Both the position numbers and the translations under genes were made by a program. This document shows, one piece after another, positions 41,374 through 51,231 of a stretch of 64,000 nucleotides of DNA (the stretch's first letter is position 1; each line of letters begins with the position of its first letter). The notes beneath the pieces were generated by a model. It searched no databases. It worked only from the letters and a program-made list of their open reading frames with translations, and had not been told where the DNA came from. This stretch comes from Gemmatimonadota bacterium (lineage in GTDB: Bacteria > Gemmatimonadota > Gemmatimonadetes > Gemmatimonadales > GWC2-71-9), in the NCBI GenBank assembly GCA_036679605.1, contig JAZDCZ010000218.1, positions 1-64,000 on the forward strand, given 5' to 3'.

Positions 41374-43745
41374 GCGGCACGCCTCCGAATGACGCCCGGT
41401 ACCACTAGGCCCACAATGACGAGAAATAGGCCAGATAAGGTGACCATCCTGCCCACCGAGTAGTCACCGCTCTCGAACCTCAGCTCCACCCTCTCGGCAC
41501 CCTCAGGCACCGGGACAGTGATGAGAGAGACATTGCCCCGTACCACCGGCACCGGAACCCCATCGACGGTCGCCTTCCAGTCTTTGTACCAGTTTTCACT
41601 GACGATGAGGTAGGCATCTTGTGGCGCAGGCGGCTCTAGTCGTATAGACATCTTCCCCGGTGCCCACTCTTCAAAGCGAACGTGATTATCCAATGGTTGC
41701 GGCAACTCGGTGGGCGGCGCAGGATCGAGCGGGGCCTCGGGGCCCAGCAGCACTGCCTGCCCGACGGAAAATCTGGCATTCGAGATCACGGGGATCGCCT
41801 GCTCGTCAGGGACCTTGACGGCCGTCGGCACAAGGCGGCCATACGGCCGCGCTTCAATGGCCTCCAACAACGATACTCGACCGCCGGCGGCCGTCTGCAC
41901 CTGCTCCAAAACCAGCCGGTACGACTCCTCAAAGTCGGGAATCCTCGAAAGGTCTATTTGGCCAGACACTATGAAGTACTTGACGGCATATAGATCCCAA
42001 ATATGGGGATTCATCGAGTTACTCAAGCTGTTTTGTCCGCCCATCAATTCATCGAAGCGGTGGAGTTCGGTGCCGTGGTGGCCTAGCAGCTGCGAGATAT
42101 CGTGCGTCATGAGGCTCGAACCCGGATAGTCGCTGGACAGATTGAGGATCCTATACGGTTTCGGAACTGCGTTCAGAAACTGCGTTACTTGGTCCGGCCC
42201 GTGCACGTCCTCCGCGTTCGAGAAAACCCAGAACTCTCGGGCGTTACGCCACAGGTCACCGCTCACAATCAAGATTAGCATCAATCCAAGAACCGCGGGC
42301 TTCACGCGGCCGTTCAGCGCGGCCAGGCCCACACCAGCGGCCAGCCCCAAGGCAACTGTGCTACCGACGGAGCTCCAGCGAATCACGGTGGCAGCCTGGG
42401 AGGCTATGCTAATTGCGGGGCGGTTGGTTGCCTGCTGTACCCCTCTGGCCAACGAAGTTGCCATCCCTCCAAATGCACCTACTAGTGCCAGCAGGGCAAG
42501 CATACCGGCCATGACCAACCACACGGTCAACTGCCTCTTACCTTCCCCACTCTCCAACCTTTCGACACCGAAGGCAGCGAACAGAGACACGACCAGGGCG
42601 ACGATGTACAGTGCCATCCCAGGTGCCCGGGTTTGCTTCACAAATGGCACTACCTCGTACCACAACCGGTAGAACGGTGTATTTGCACCCAGTGCAACCA
42701 AGAGGAATAGTATGCCGATTCCCCCCAACCAATAGATCAAGCTCCGCCGCGCCACCCCGATACCCAAAACAGCAAGCATGATTACCGGCAGGCCAAGATA
42801 CTCGGAGTGCAGTTTGATGGGATTCGAACCCCAATACGTCCCTGCCCCGGTCTGACCGACAAATTTCGACAAGAAAAACTCTGGAACGTGGACCCACGGA
42901 ATCGCATAGGAAGTCGCGCCTTCCCAGCCACGAAAGCTTTCAGCCCGCGGGGAGAACGGTATGTATTGGTAAAACGGAAGCATCTGTATCGCACCGATCA
43001 TGAAACCCACGACTACTGCTCCGAGCGCCAACGATAAGGCTGTGACGCGACTCGAGATCGACTGGTCTGTGGGATCGCCGAAAGTGAGATAGAGCCCGAA
43101 TAGGGCGGAAGCCAGCATGAAGTACTGTGTCATCTGTGGATGGGGACTCAACAGCGCCAAACCCATCGCCAGAGCCAATATCGCGTAGCCCTCGAGCTTG
43201 CGGTCTCGGATAGCCATCACCAGGGCCAAGAACGCCAGTGGAAGCAAAGCGGTTACGAATAACTTGCCGTCATGCCCGGGTTGCACGTAAGACGCGATGA
43301 CTCCAGATAGCTGATAACTGAGCCCGCCGACCATACAACCAGCCCAACTCACCTTCAGGCGACGAAGCAACAGGTATGTGAAGAGCCCTGCCAGTACGTA
43401 ATGAACGACAAAGCCGAGGTCCATCGCGAACGCCGTCGGGAGGAGGAGACGCAGCCATGCCGTGGGGTAAAAAATGTCCCCATGCATGCCGGCCACATAT
43501 GGCAGTCCTCCAAAAATATTGGGATCCCACAAAGGTATGTGACCGAGGGCTTTCCATTGTACGGCCTGCCAGTGCCGCCACGCGTAGCCGGTAGCGTACT
43601 GATCGCTAAGAGGTCCGGCGAGAAACTTCCCCTGCCACATTGGAAACGATAGGATCGCTATCCAAAGCGTAGAGAGAGCTACCGCACTCAAGGTTGGATG
43701 CGGTGGTTCAAAGCGAGTAATCGTCGGCTTAAGCGGACTCGACAA
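41370..43745 (-). CDS. YfhO-family polytopic membrane protein (putative GT-C glycosyltransferase)
   Basis: PLWDP..FGGLP, FYP, many TM segments; C-terminal SENWY..WKATVDG...V.VP.G...V.LRF. Confidence 0.8.
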   Translation of the reverse strand: MSSPLKPTITRFEPPHPTLSAVALSTLWIAILSFPMWQGKFLAGPLSDQYATGYAWRHWQAVQWKALGHIPLWDPNIFGGLPYVAGMHGDIFYPTAWLRLLLPTAFAMDLGFVVHYVLAGLFTYLLLRRLKVSWAGCMVGGLSYQLSGVIASYVQPGHDGKLFVTALLPLAFLALVMAIRDRKLEGYAILALAMGLALLSPHPQMTQYFMLASALFGLYLTFGDPTDQSISSRVTALSLALGAVVVGFMIGAIQMLPFYQYIPFSPRAESFRGWEGATSYAIPWVHVPEFFLSKFVGQTGAGTYWGSNPIKLHSEYLGLPVIMLAVLGIGVARRSLIYWLGGIGILFLLVALGANTPFYRLWYEVVPFVKQTRAPGMALYIVALVVSLFAAFGVERLESGEGKRQLTVWLVMAGMLALLALVGAFGGMATSLARGVQQATNRPAISIASQAATVIRWSSVGSTVALGLAAGVGLAALNGRVKPAVLGLMLILIVSGDLWRNAREFWVFSNAEDVHGPDQVTQFLNAVPKPYRILNLSSDYPGSSLMTHDISQLLGHHGTELHRFDELMGGQNSLSNSMNPHIWDLYAVKYFIVSGQIDLSRIPDFEESYRLVLEQVQTAAGGRVSLLEAIEARPYGRLVPTAVKVPDEQAIPVISNARFSVGQAVLLGPEAPLDPAPPTELPQPLDNHVRFEEWAPGKMSIRLEPPAPQDAYLIVSENWYKDWKATVDGVPVPVVRGNVSLITVPVPEGAERVELRFESGDYSVGRMVTLSGLFLVIVGLVVPGVIRRRAA

Positions 43746-44643
43746 TTGTATTCTCTCCTGTCTTGCTCAACCAGAGCGCAGCCAGTGCCGCTGTCACCTC
43801 AGTTCCGGTCAGGAGCAAACGCGATGCTACGCTTAGGGCAAGGGCGGCACCACTACCAATAACCGGGCTCAGCAAAGCAACGAGCACCAACTCCCGCACT
43901 CCAATCCCGCCGGGCGCGAACAGCGCCAACAATCCTACGATGTAACCTGCACCAAACACTCCGACGGCTATCAGCAACGTAAGATCGGTCGGACCGAAAA
44001 GACCTTGCGACAGAAACCAGAACGCTGCGCCATACAATACCCAACTAAGCAGAGTTACAAACGCAGCGGCCAGCGCCGTCCCGGCCGACAGGCTTCTGAA
44101 CTTCGTCGCGGGTTTGATCAGTCGTACCGTGCGCGCTCCCAAGGGTTCCCACACCAGGACCGTCACCGCAACAATTGAGACCGTCGCGGCTGCAACGAGC
44201 TGCACGGGCGACGCTGCGGTGGGAACACCAACCGCCACTACAATAACTCCGGTCCCTACAGCGAGAGCCTGCATGGCGAGGGCCGATGCAGCCGCTGTCC
44301 AGCCCTCAATACCCCTTCGTCGAGCTAACATCACCAACGCGGCAACAGCCCACAGCTTTCCCGGCAAGTATCTGCCGAGGTTAGACAGACACCATATGCG
44401 CACTGCCGAGGCGTACCCGAGCGACTGGCCCCAACCGAGTAGCACCTGTCTCCAAGCCTGGATCAAGAGACCGTACGTCAACCACACTGTAACGGCCGCT
44501 AGCCCAATCCAGCCTGGCTTGGGATGAATCGAAAGATCTAGAGCACTGAACTGCGTCCAGTTCTGAGCAACCGATTTGCCCACTACTCCAACCAGCACGG
44601 CTCCCAACAGCACCTGCCCGACAACCAACACAATCTTACGCAA
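43729..44643 (-). CDS. Lysylphosphatidylglycerol-synthase-TM / flippase-like membrane protein
   Basis: SNLGRYLPGK.W, PGGIGVRE and SRL. Start placed at TTG 44643. Confidence 0.78.
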   Translation of the reverse strand: MRKIVLVVGQVLLGAVLVGVVGKSVAQNWTQFSALDLSIHPKPGWIGLAAVTVWLTYGLLIQAWRQVLLGWGQSLGYASAVRIWCLSNLGRYLPGKLWAVAALVMLARRRGIEGWTAAASALAMQALAVGTGVIVVAVGVPTAASPVQLVAAATVSIVAVTVLVWEPLGARTVRLIKPATKFRSLSAGTALAAAFVTLLSWVLYGAAFWFLSQGLFGPTDLTLLIAVGVFGAGYIVGLLALFAPGGIGVRELVLVALLSPVIGSGAALALSVASRLLLTGTEVTAALAALWLSKTGENTIVESA

Positions 44644-45820
44644 CCTCGGTGGTCCCTCCACCCAAGACCCCTGCATATACGTCTTCGAATACTTGAGCCA
44701 CACGATCTGGATCGAGAAGTGCTTTGAGCCGTCGCCCTCTCTCTGCGGCGAGTTCTCGCGATGTGGGATCAACCGTGAGCTCCGTTATCGCCCGGGCCAG
44801 CTCCGTCACGCTATCCCTTTCGACCAATCTGCCAGCCCCATCCGGAGGCACGATATCCAGGACCCCACCCCCCTCCCTACTGGCTACTACCGGAACCCCT
44901 AGCATAAACGCCTCCGCAGCCGCTAGCCCCAATCCTTCGCGTATGGCAGGGAACACAAACACATCGGCATCCCCTATTGTAGCAGGAATGCTTTCCGGTT
45001 CAACACTACCAACGAATTCGGTGGTGTCACCGATTCCCAAATCTCGAGCCTGCTGTTCTAGCGTGCTTCGGTCGGGACCGTCACCCACAACCTTCAGTTG
45101 GAACGATCGGCCGCCTCGACGCAATAGAGCCACGGCCTCCAAGACGCGATCGATTCTCTTTTGGGCAACGAGTCGCCCGACAGTTACGACACCACCACCG
45201 CCACTGCTCTTATGTTCAAACCGTCCGCTCTCCACCGGCATCGGTTGGATAACAATGGTTCGCCTATCTATGCCACAGGTTTGCGCTACTCGATCTGCCA
45301 AATACGACGATACCGCCGTCAACCTGGTGGCTCGCCGTAGTACCAACCGAGCGATCCTCCGCGCCACTTCTGACCGCTCCAAGACGGCGACGTCCGTGCC
45401 ATGAAGTGTGACGACATACGGTGCCCCCGATACGCTGCTCGAGAGCCATGCTGCGACGCCATTCGGCACCCACCAATGGGCGTGCACGACGCTCCCGGGC
45501 GAACGTCTTACCATGTCTATGATCGCTGCAGATTGTGCTAGAACCAAACCGGCCACCATCCCCATACCCCCAATCGAGCCAGCCGCTTCCAGCATTCTCC
45601 CTGTATACGCGATAGTCTCTCGCCGGGCAGGTCCGTAGCGGACGCGTTTGATTATCGCGTCCCTTCGCACAGCGGTTCCCCCTCTTCCACGATCGGCGGG
45701 GACAATAACAGAAATCGCATGTGAGCGCCTTTGGAGAGCTACGGTTAGTCGCTCAATGAACGCGCCCGCCACGTCCCCGTCCCACCGCGGAAAGGAATGG
45801 GTAACGTTGATAATGTGCAC
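44636..45820 (-). CDS. Glycosyltransferase family 4
   Basis: HAHWW, TLHGTD, VGRL..QK, VGDGP and EGLGLAAAEA. Confidence 0.9.
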   Translation of the reverse strand: MHIINVTHSFPRWDGDVAGAFIERLTVALQRRSHAISVIVPADRGRGGTAVRRDAIIKRVRYGPARRETIAYTGRMLEAAGSIGGMGMVAGLVLAQSAAIIDMVRRSPGSVVHAHWWVPNGVAAWLSSSVSGAPYVVTLHGTDVAVLERSEVARRIARLVLRRATRLTAVSSYLADRVAQTCGIDRRTIVIQPMPVESGRFEHKSSGGGGVVTVGRLVAQKRIDRVLEAVALLRRGGRSFQLKVVGDGPDRSTLEQQARDLGIGDTTEFVGSVEPESIPATIGDADVFVFPAIREGLGLAAAEAFMLGVPVVASREGGGVLDIVPPDGAGRLVERDSVTELARAITELTVDPTSRELAAERGRRLKALLDPDRVAQVFEDVYAGVLGGGTTEVA

Positions 45821-45826
45821 TGGGAA

Positions 45827-46798
45827 CTAGTTGTTGAGGTGGCGCCCAAGATCAGATCCAACTCGATCGACCGATCGGCTGAGCGACCTCAGTTCCTCTC
45901 GTTGCCCTGCAAGGAGTTCGCCTATGAAACCGAATCCGAACAGCACAATTCCCGAAATCACAAGCATCAACACGAGTGACAGCAGTGGTCTCAGGCCCAC
46001 CCCGAACCCAAAGCGCAGCACTATGGCGACCACGCCCACGATAAACCCAAGAAGGAAAAGCACTCCTCCCCAAAGCCCGAAGAACAACAACGGCTTCCTA
46101 CCGAAGCGCAGTTGGAACCACACCGAAAGTAGATCAAGCACGCCAACCGGAATGCGCCCGATACCAAATTTCGAGCGCCCTGCCCGCCGTGGATATAGCG
46201 TCACGGGCCGCTCGGCAAGTCTAAACCCTTCTGCTGCAGCAATCACTACCATGAACCGATGCCAGTCCGGTCTCGGTGGGACGACGTCCATCACCTCACG
46301 GCGATATGCTTTGACGGCATTCAAGTCGGTAACTCGAACTCCGAACAACAAACGGCACATACGGTTGTAGACGCCCGAGACCAGGGCTTTTTCATACTTC
46401 CCCTGCTTTGTGCCGGTTACAACATCTGCTTCCCCCGCCAGTATCGGGTCGACCAACGACGGGATCTCGTTAGGCAAGAACTGCAGATCGGCTGGGTAGA
46501 ACACGAATATTCGTCCGGTGGCAGCATCGCCCGCAGATTTCAGAGAATCCGCAATTCCCCGCCTAACACGGTGAGCTACGACCTTGAGAAACGGATGTCT
46601 CTCTTGAAGATCTCGCAGCACTTCGGCCGTGGTGTCGTCACTGCCGTCGTCTACCACCACCACTTCACACGAATACGACACTCCTCCGAGTGTCTCCGCA
46701 CAGAGATTCACGAACTCGGGAAGGTTCTCCGCTTCATTCATGGCGGGAACCAAAACGCTCACTTCTACTGGATCGTCAGGCGAACTGACGAGCGTCAT
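45827..46798 (-). CDS. Glycosyltransferase family 2 with two C-terminal TMs (ArnC/GtrB-like)
   Basis: PAMNEAENL, VDDGSDD, ADLQ, R.AG.SK and C-terminal TM pair. Confidence 0.88.
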   Translation of the reverse strand: MTLVSSPDDPVEVSVLVPAMNEAENLPEFVNLCAETLGGVSYSCEVVVVDDGSDDTTAEVLRDLQERHPFLKVVAHRVRRGIADSLKSAGDAATGRIFVFYPADLQFLPNEIPSLVDPILAGEADVVTGTKQGKYEKALVSGVYNRMCRLLFGVRVTDLNAVKAYRREVMDVVPPRPDWHRFMVVIAAAEGFRLAERPVTLYPRRAGRSKFGIGRIPVGVLDLLSVWFQLRFGRKPLLFFGLWGGVLFLLGFIVGVVAIVLRFGFGVGLRPLLSLVLMLVISGIVLFGFGFIGELLAGQREELRSLSRSVDRVGSDLGRHLNN

Positions 46799-48255
46799 AC
46801 GCGCTTGCGCATCCGCGCGGGAAGGATATTTAGTTGATCGCGGTACTTTGCGACCGTGCGACGTGCTATCTGTACGCCCTGGTGCTTTAGCGCCTTGACT
46901 ATCGCTGAATCCGTGAGCGGCACTGTTTGATCTTCATCCAACACCAGCTTCTGGATCTGAGCCTTTACAGCGCGCGAACTTGCATCTTCTCCGGTGGTCG
47001 TGCCCAAGCTGCTCGAGAAGAAAAACTTTAGCGGGAACACTCCGCGTGGAGTCTGTACATATTTCTGACTCGTTACTCGACTAACCGTAGACTCATGCAT
47101 CTCTATTACATCAGCTACTTCTCTAAGAGTTAGTGGCCGCAATTGCTCGACACCCTTATCAAAAAAGGCTCGCTGTTTGTCCACTATGAAATTCATGACC
47201 TTCAACATTGTCTGGCGGCGTTGCTCAATGGCCTGGACAAGCCAACTCGCGCTGTTGAGCTTGTTGGTGATAAACTCGCGATTCTCCCCCACAAATTTTT
47301 TCTTATCTGCCGCGATTTCCCGGTACGTCTGGCTAATCCTAAGCCGAGGTACACCTCCATCGTTGAGAAACACGCGATATTGCCCGTCGATCTCTTGGAT
47401 TGTGAGATCTGGAACTACGTAGGTGTCGCCTGAACTCACGAACCGCAATCCCGGTTTGGGATCGAGCCGTGCCAACTCATCTGCTGCATCTTGTACCGCT
47501 TTGGGATCCAGTGTGTAGCGTTTAGCGAGTTCACTCCACCTGTGACCAATCAGGTCCTCGAACGCCTCATCAACAAGCTTATGTGTGAGGGATTCGGTGT
47601 CACCCATATCCCGCAGCTGGAGCAGCAGGCACTCGCGGAGATCACGTGCACCCACCCCAGGCGGATCAAGTGACTGGACTATCGTCAGCAACTCTTCTGC
47701 CTCCTCAAGCGTGACTGGCAGTGAAGAGGCATGGTCACCATCACCATTTAACGCGACGTACTCTCTTATGGCATTGTTTGCGCTTTGGACTATTTCCTCG
47801 AGTGTACCACTGAGATAGCCGTCGTCACCTATGTTCCCGATGAAGTGGTCACTCAAGAAGAGCTGGCGGGGAGTTATATCCAGCAATTCCAGCTGCTCAC
47901 GGAGGTGATCGGACAGGTCGCGGGTTTCTACCGGGGTCCTCTCGTAAAATTCATATTCCTCGTGCTCAGCGCGAGCTCCGCCAGTGTCAAAGCCATCTAG
48001 TAGTATGTCCTCCCAGTTGACCTCGTCGTCCTTCTCCGCCTCTGCCTTCTCAGCCTCTTTGTCGGATGTCTGTTCCTCCTCCTCTATCTCGTCAGCTTCC
48101 TGCATCTCGAGAAACGGATTGGTCAGAAGCTCCTCTTTGAGATGCTGCTGTAATTCCATCAAAGGCATGTACAGGAGATCCATCGCCTGATAAAGGCGCG
48201 GATTCATCCTCAGTTCCTGCTTGAGGCCCATGCTCTGCTGCATCGACACCTTCAT
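46795..48255 (-). CDS. rpoN: RNA polymerase sigma-54 factor
   Basis: NPFLE, DPPGVGARDLRECL, HESTVSR and RpoN box ARRTVAKYR. Confidence 0.97.
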   Translation of the reverse strand: MKVSMQQSMGLKQELRMNPRLYQAMDLLYMPLMELQQHLKEELLTNPFLEMQEADEIEEEEQTSDKEAEKAEAEKDDEVNWEDILLDGFDTGGARAEHEEYEFYERTPVETRDLSDHLREQLELLDITPRQLFLSDHFIGNIGDDGYLSGTLEEIVQSANNAIREYVALNGDGDHASSLPVTLEEAEELLTIVQSLDPPGVGARDLRECLLLQLRDMGDTESLTHKLVDEAFEDLIGHRWSELAKRYTLDPKAVQDAADELARLDPKPGLRFVSSGDTYVVPDLTIQEIDGQYRVFLNDGGVPRLRISQTYREIAADKKKFVGENREFITNKLNSASWLVQAIEQRRQTMLKVMNFIVDKQRAFFDKGVEQLRPLTLREVADVIEMHESTVSRVTSQKYVQTPRGVFPLKFFFSSSLGTTTGEDASSRAVKAQIQKLVLDEDQTVPLTDSAIVKALKHQGVQIARRTVAKYRDQLNILPARMRKRV

Positions 48256-49433
48256 GCAGCCGTCCCCAATCTCTCTCTTAGGCGAGTGGTCAATGTTGGT
48301 CCCAGGTACAGGTCAGCAACACGATCATCGAACACAAGTTCGCGCACGGTGCCCGAAACCTGCACCTTCCCCTCGAACATAATGTACGCCCGGTCTACGA
48401 TATCAAACGTTTGCTCCACGTTGTGATCCGTTATTAGAACGCCGATGCCGCGATGCCGGAGTCCAGCCACTATGGCCTGGATATCATTGACAGCGATAGG
48501 ATCCACTCCCGCAAAAGGTTCATCCAAGAGCATGAACTTGGGAGATGTCACAAGCGCACGAGTGATTTCCAGACGGCGCCGTTCCCCGCCGGACAACTTA
48601 TAGGCCGGCACATCACGCAGATACTTGATCGACAACTCGTCTAGCAAATGCTGTAGTCTCTCGTCTTGCTCCTCGTTCGACAGCGACTGTGTCTCCAGGA
48701 TCGCCTTTACGTTATCCTCTACAGTCAGTTTTCGGAAGATAGAAGGTTCCTGAGCCAGGTACCCTACACCCCTCCGAGCACGCTTGTACATCGGCAACCT
48801 GGAGATATCGGTCCCGTCGATCGAGATGCTACCCGCGTCCGGGCGCTCCAGACCGACGATCATATAGAATGTAGTGGTCTTCCCCGCCCCGTTCGGACCC
48901 AACAGCCCCACGATCTCACCCTGGGACAAGTCGATATCGACGTTATCCACCACTCGCCGCCGCTTGTAAGCTTTCGTCAGTCCCCTTGCAGACAGGGTAC
49001 TTCCCCAATCCGCTGCCGTACGTACTGGCGGCGTTTCGGCCTCCCTAAGCGCCGCCAGCGCGATCGCAGTCAGACTGTCATGCACCTCGGATCCCGACTC
49101 GTTCAGCAATGCCATTGTCCCTTCATCCACCCGGATCACAGACTCGTCGACCAACGAGTCTCCCTCATACTGTATAATCTCCACCGCCAGCAAGCGAGGC
49201 ATGACCGACGACCTGAGATGCTCCCGGACCTCGTCCAAGGAGAGCGTACCTCGTTGCCGGGTTGCCTCTCCTCGGTCGAGTCTGAGCAACTCCAGATACT
49301 CGCGACGATACGCCACCGTTAGCTCGTCAAACCGGGCAGTCCCGCTCCGGTCCGCCACTTGGACCAGCCCGGCGACAGCCAGTGCAAGTGAAGGGTCACG
49401 GCCAGCCAGTCGATCTCTTAGTTGCTCAATCAT
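48252..49433 (-). CDS. lptB: LPS export ABC ATPase LptB with ~145-aa N-terminal extension
   Basis: GLLGPNGAGKTT, YLAQEPSIFR, LSGGERRR, LDEPFAGVDP and ITDHNV. Confidence 0.92.
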   Translation of the reverse strand: MIEQLRDRLAGRDPSLALAVAGLVQVADRSGTARFDELTVAYRREYLELLRLDRGEATRQRGTLSLDEVREHLRSSVMPRLLAVEIIQYEGDSLVDESVIRVDEGTMALLNESGSEVHDSLTAIALAALREAETPPVRTAADWGSTLSARGLTKAYKRRRVVDNVDIDLSQGEIVGLLGPNGAGKTTTFYMIVGLERPDAGSISIDGTDISRLPMYKRARRGVGYLAQEPSIFRKLTVEDNVKAILETQSLSNEEQDERLQHLLDELSIKYLRDVPAYKLSGGERRRLEITRALVTSPKFMLLDEPFAGVDPIAVNDIQAIVAGLRHRGIGVLITDHNVEQTFDIVDRAYIMFEGKVQVSGTVRELVFDDRVADLYLGPTLTTRLRERLGTAA

Positions 49434-50689
49434 TGAGGTTTTCGCAGCGGCTCGAGATAAATCCCGTCAGCCTTGCCCGTAACATCAATGCGTTCCATAG
49501 CCTCGTTCTTGAAATGTGCTGTAATCCGCAATCCTCTGGAGTAGTTCAGAGCAGCCTCAGTGCCCCAGCGAAGCGGGTCAAATATGCGGTAGAAAGCCTG
49601 AGCATTGCCGATCGCCAACAGCTGCGAAATAGCGCGCGTGCCAATCTCCGTTTCGGCGAATGTAGCGATCACCGTATCACCCGCCATCCAGTCAGAGCGC
49701 GAGTCCAGCGAGTCGATCCGGGATGTCGCCTTGGCCGTCCCAAACGATCGCACTTCCGTCATTTGTTGGTCTGGAGAGTCGATGGCAACCGAATCACCCG
49801 TGATCGTGTAGGCAGTCGACATGGCAGTTGGTCGTATCGAATCTCCCCAGGCTATCCCACCCTGAACCAGATCGTTTGCGATATCGAACTGCAATGTGTC
49901 GCCCACCATTCTCCACTCGCTGCTGGTTGCGTCTGCCATACCCTCTGATTGGATCCAGGTCAACTCGTTGTCCGTGAGGCGATACAGTATTCTCCGACCG
50001 TGCAGCGTGTAGCTCGGTGAGCCTCTCCCACCTGCCTCCGCGTGACCAAGCAACGCGCCCTCACCCGCATCGAGATCGAGCGTAGCGGTATCACTCTTCG
50101 CAACGAAGTCACTTCGATCGATGGTAACGGCCCCTGCCGCCCATGCATCAGTGTCGCCTACAAGACGCACTTCCTGACCCCGAATAACATAAGGCTCGGT
50201 CTCGTCGAGCGTAGCTTTGTACTTCACCGTCGGACGGCGGTTTGCATATAATTCAGCAGTGTCTCTAACGCCGGCCACTGCCCTCCAATACAGCAAGTGT
50301 GGTCCCGTAAGCTCCGTACCGGTGCGTCGGTTCTCGAGCCTCACGTTATCGAAGGCCTCGATTTGATCGTCAGATTCCTTGTAAAACGCGCGATCGGCAG
50401 TGAGGATGACCGTCGTATCAATGAAGGTGACGTTGCCTACAAAATCCATGCGCCGAAACTCGGTGTATCTTGCAGCACTGTCGGCACTCATGGTCGTTTC
50501 CTGTCCGATGCAACGGGCCCTCACATTGCCGGCGAAGAACTGATGGATCCGCCCGCCACTCAATTCCTGCTGAGTCACTCGGTCCGCCCCGACCAGTTCA
50601 ATTTGGCAGTTCGCGGGCCCTTGCGCCGTAGCCGGAGCAACAATGCCTCCGGCAGTCAAGGACACAACGAACAAAGACCTTCGGATCAC
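49430..50689 (-). CDS. OstA/LptA-like periplasmic beta-jellyroll protein (long)
   Basis: Signal peptide, repeated beta-strand pattern (ADSA..Y, GNV, GDTL/GDSV/GDTV); lies between lptC and lptB. Confidence 0.72.
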   Translation of the reverse strand: MIRRSLFVVSLTAGGIVAPATAQGPANCQIELVGADRVTQQELSGGRIHQFFAGNVRARCIGQETTMSADSAARYTEFRRMDFVGNVTFIDTTVILTADRAFYKESDDQIEAFDNVRLENRRTGTELTGPHLLYWRAVAGVRDTAELYANRRPTVKYKATLDETEPYVIRGQEVRLVGDTDAWAAGAVTIDRSDFVAKSDTATLDLDAGEGALLGHAEAGGRGSPSYTLHGRRILYRLTDNELTWIQSEGMADATSSEWRMVGDTLQFDIANDLVQGGIAWGDSIRPTAMSTAYTITGDSVAIDSPDQQMTEVRSFGTAKATSRIDSLDSRSDWMAGDTVIATFAETEIGTRAISQLLAIGNAQAFYRIFDPLRWGTEAALNYSRGLRITAHFKNEAMERIDVTGKADGIYLEPLRKPQ

Positions 50690-51231
50690 CTTGTCCCTCT
50701 AGTTTCTACGTTAGTCCGACCCCGCCGCGCTTTGGTCGCCGTGACGTTGCGAAAATCGGGATCAGCAGTAAAACTTTCACCTTCCAGGTGTCTACCAGGT
50801 GCATCGAACACAAAGTCGCAGGGCCCTGTGATTTGGTCGGTACTCTTGTTGTAGACAAGCTCGCAGGTCGTGAGCCTGCGCCCGTCGGGCGTCCATCCTA
50901 CCACTTCATCTCGAGCTTCCATGTCACCCGTGCGCCAGCGATAGGTGCCTCGCCGAGAGGTCAGCGTAGATCGGAGCACACCGTGGTCCGAGCGAAATTC
51001 TACCCTGACTTCGTAGAGTTCCCATTCTTCCCTGCTCTCGTAGTGCAACGCCGAATCCGCCATGATTTCCGCTTGCTCGACACCGTCCACCGTAATGAAG
51101 TTAGCAAATCCATATGCTACAGCATCAACGGAGTCGGGAATCACAGACGAGATAGGAGGCTGGCCCGAATCCGAGCACCCACCTAGAAGGCCCGCGTAGA
51201 TGGCCACGAAAAAGGCCCATTCTCTAGGCAC
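50686..51231 (-). CDS. lptC: LPS export protein LptC (lipoprotein-type N-terminus)
   Basis: LLGGC lipobox-like motif, ADSA, STLTS..G and L.T.EL.Y; follows kdsC. Confidence 0.8.
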   Translation of the reverse strand: MPREWAFFVAIYAGLLGGCSDSGQPPISSVIPDSVDAVAYGFANFITVDGVEQAEIMADSALHYESREEWELYEVRVEFRSDHGVLRSTLTSRRGTYRWRTGDMEARDEVVGWTPDGRRLTTCELVYNKSTDQITGPCDFVFDAPGRHLEGESFTADPDFRNVTATKARRGRTNVETRGTR

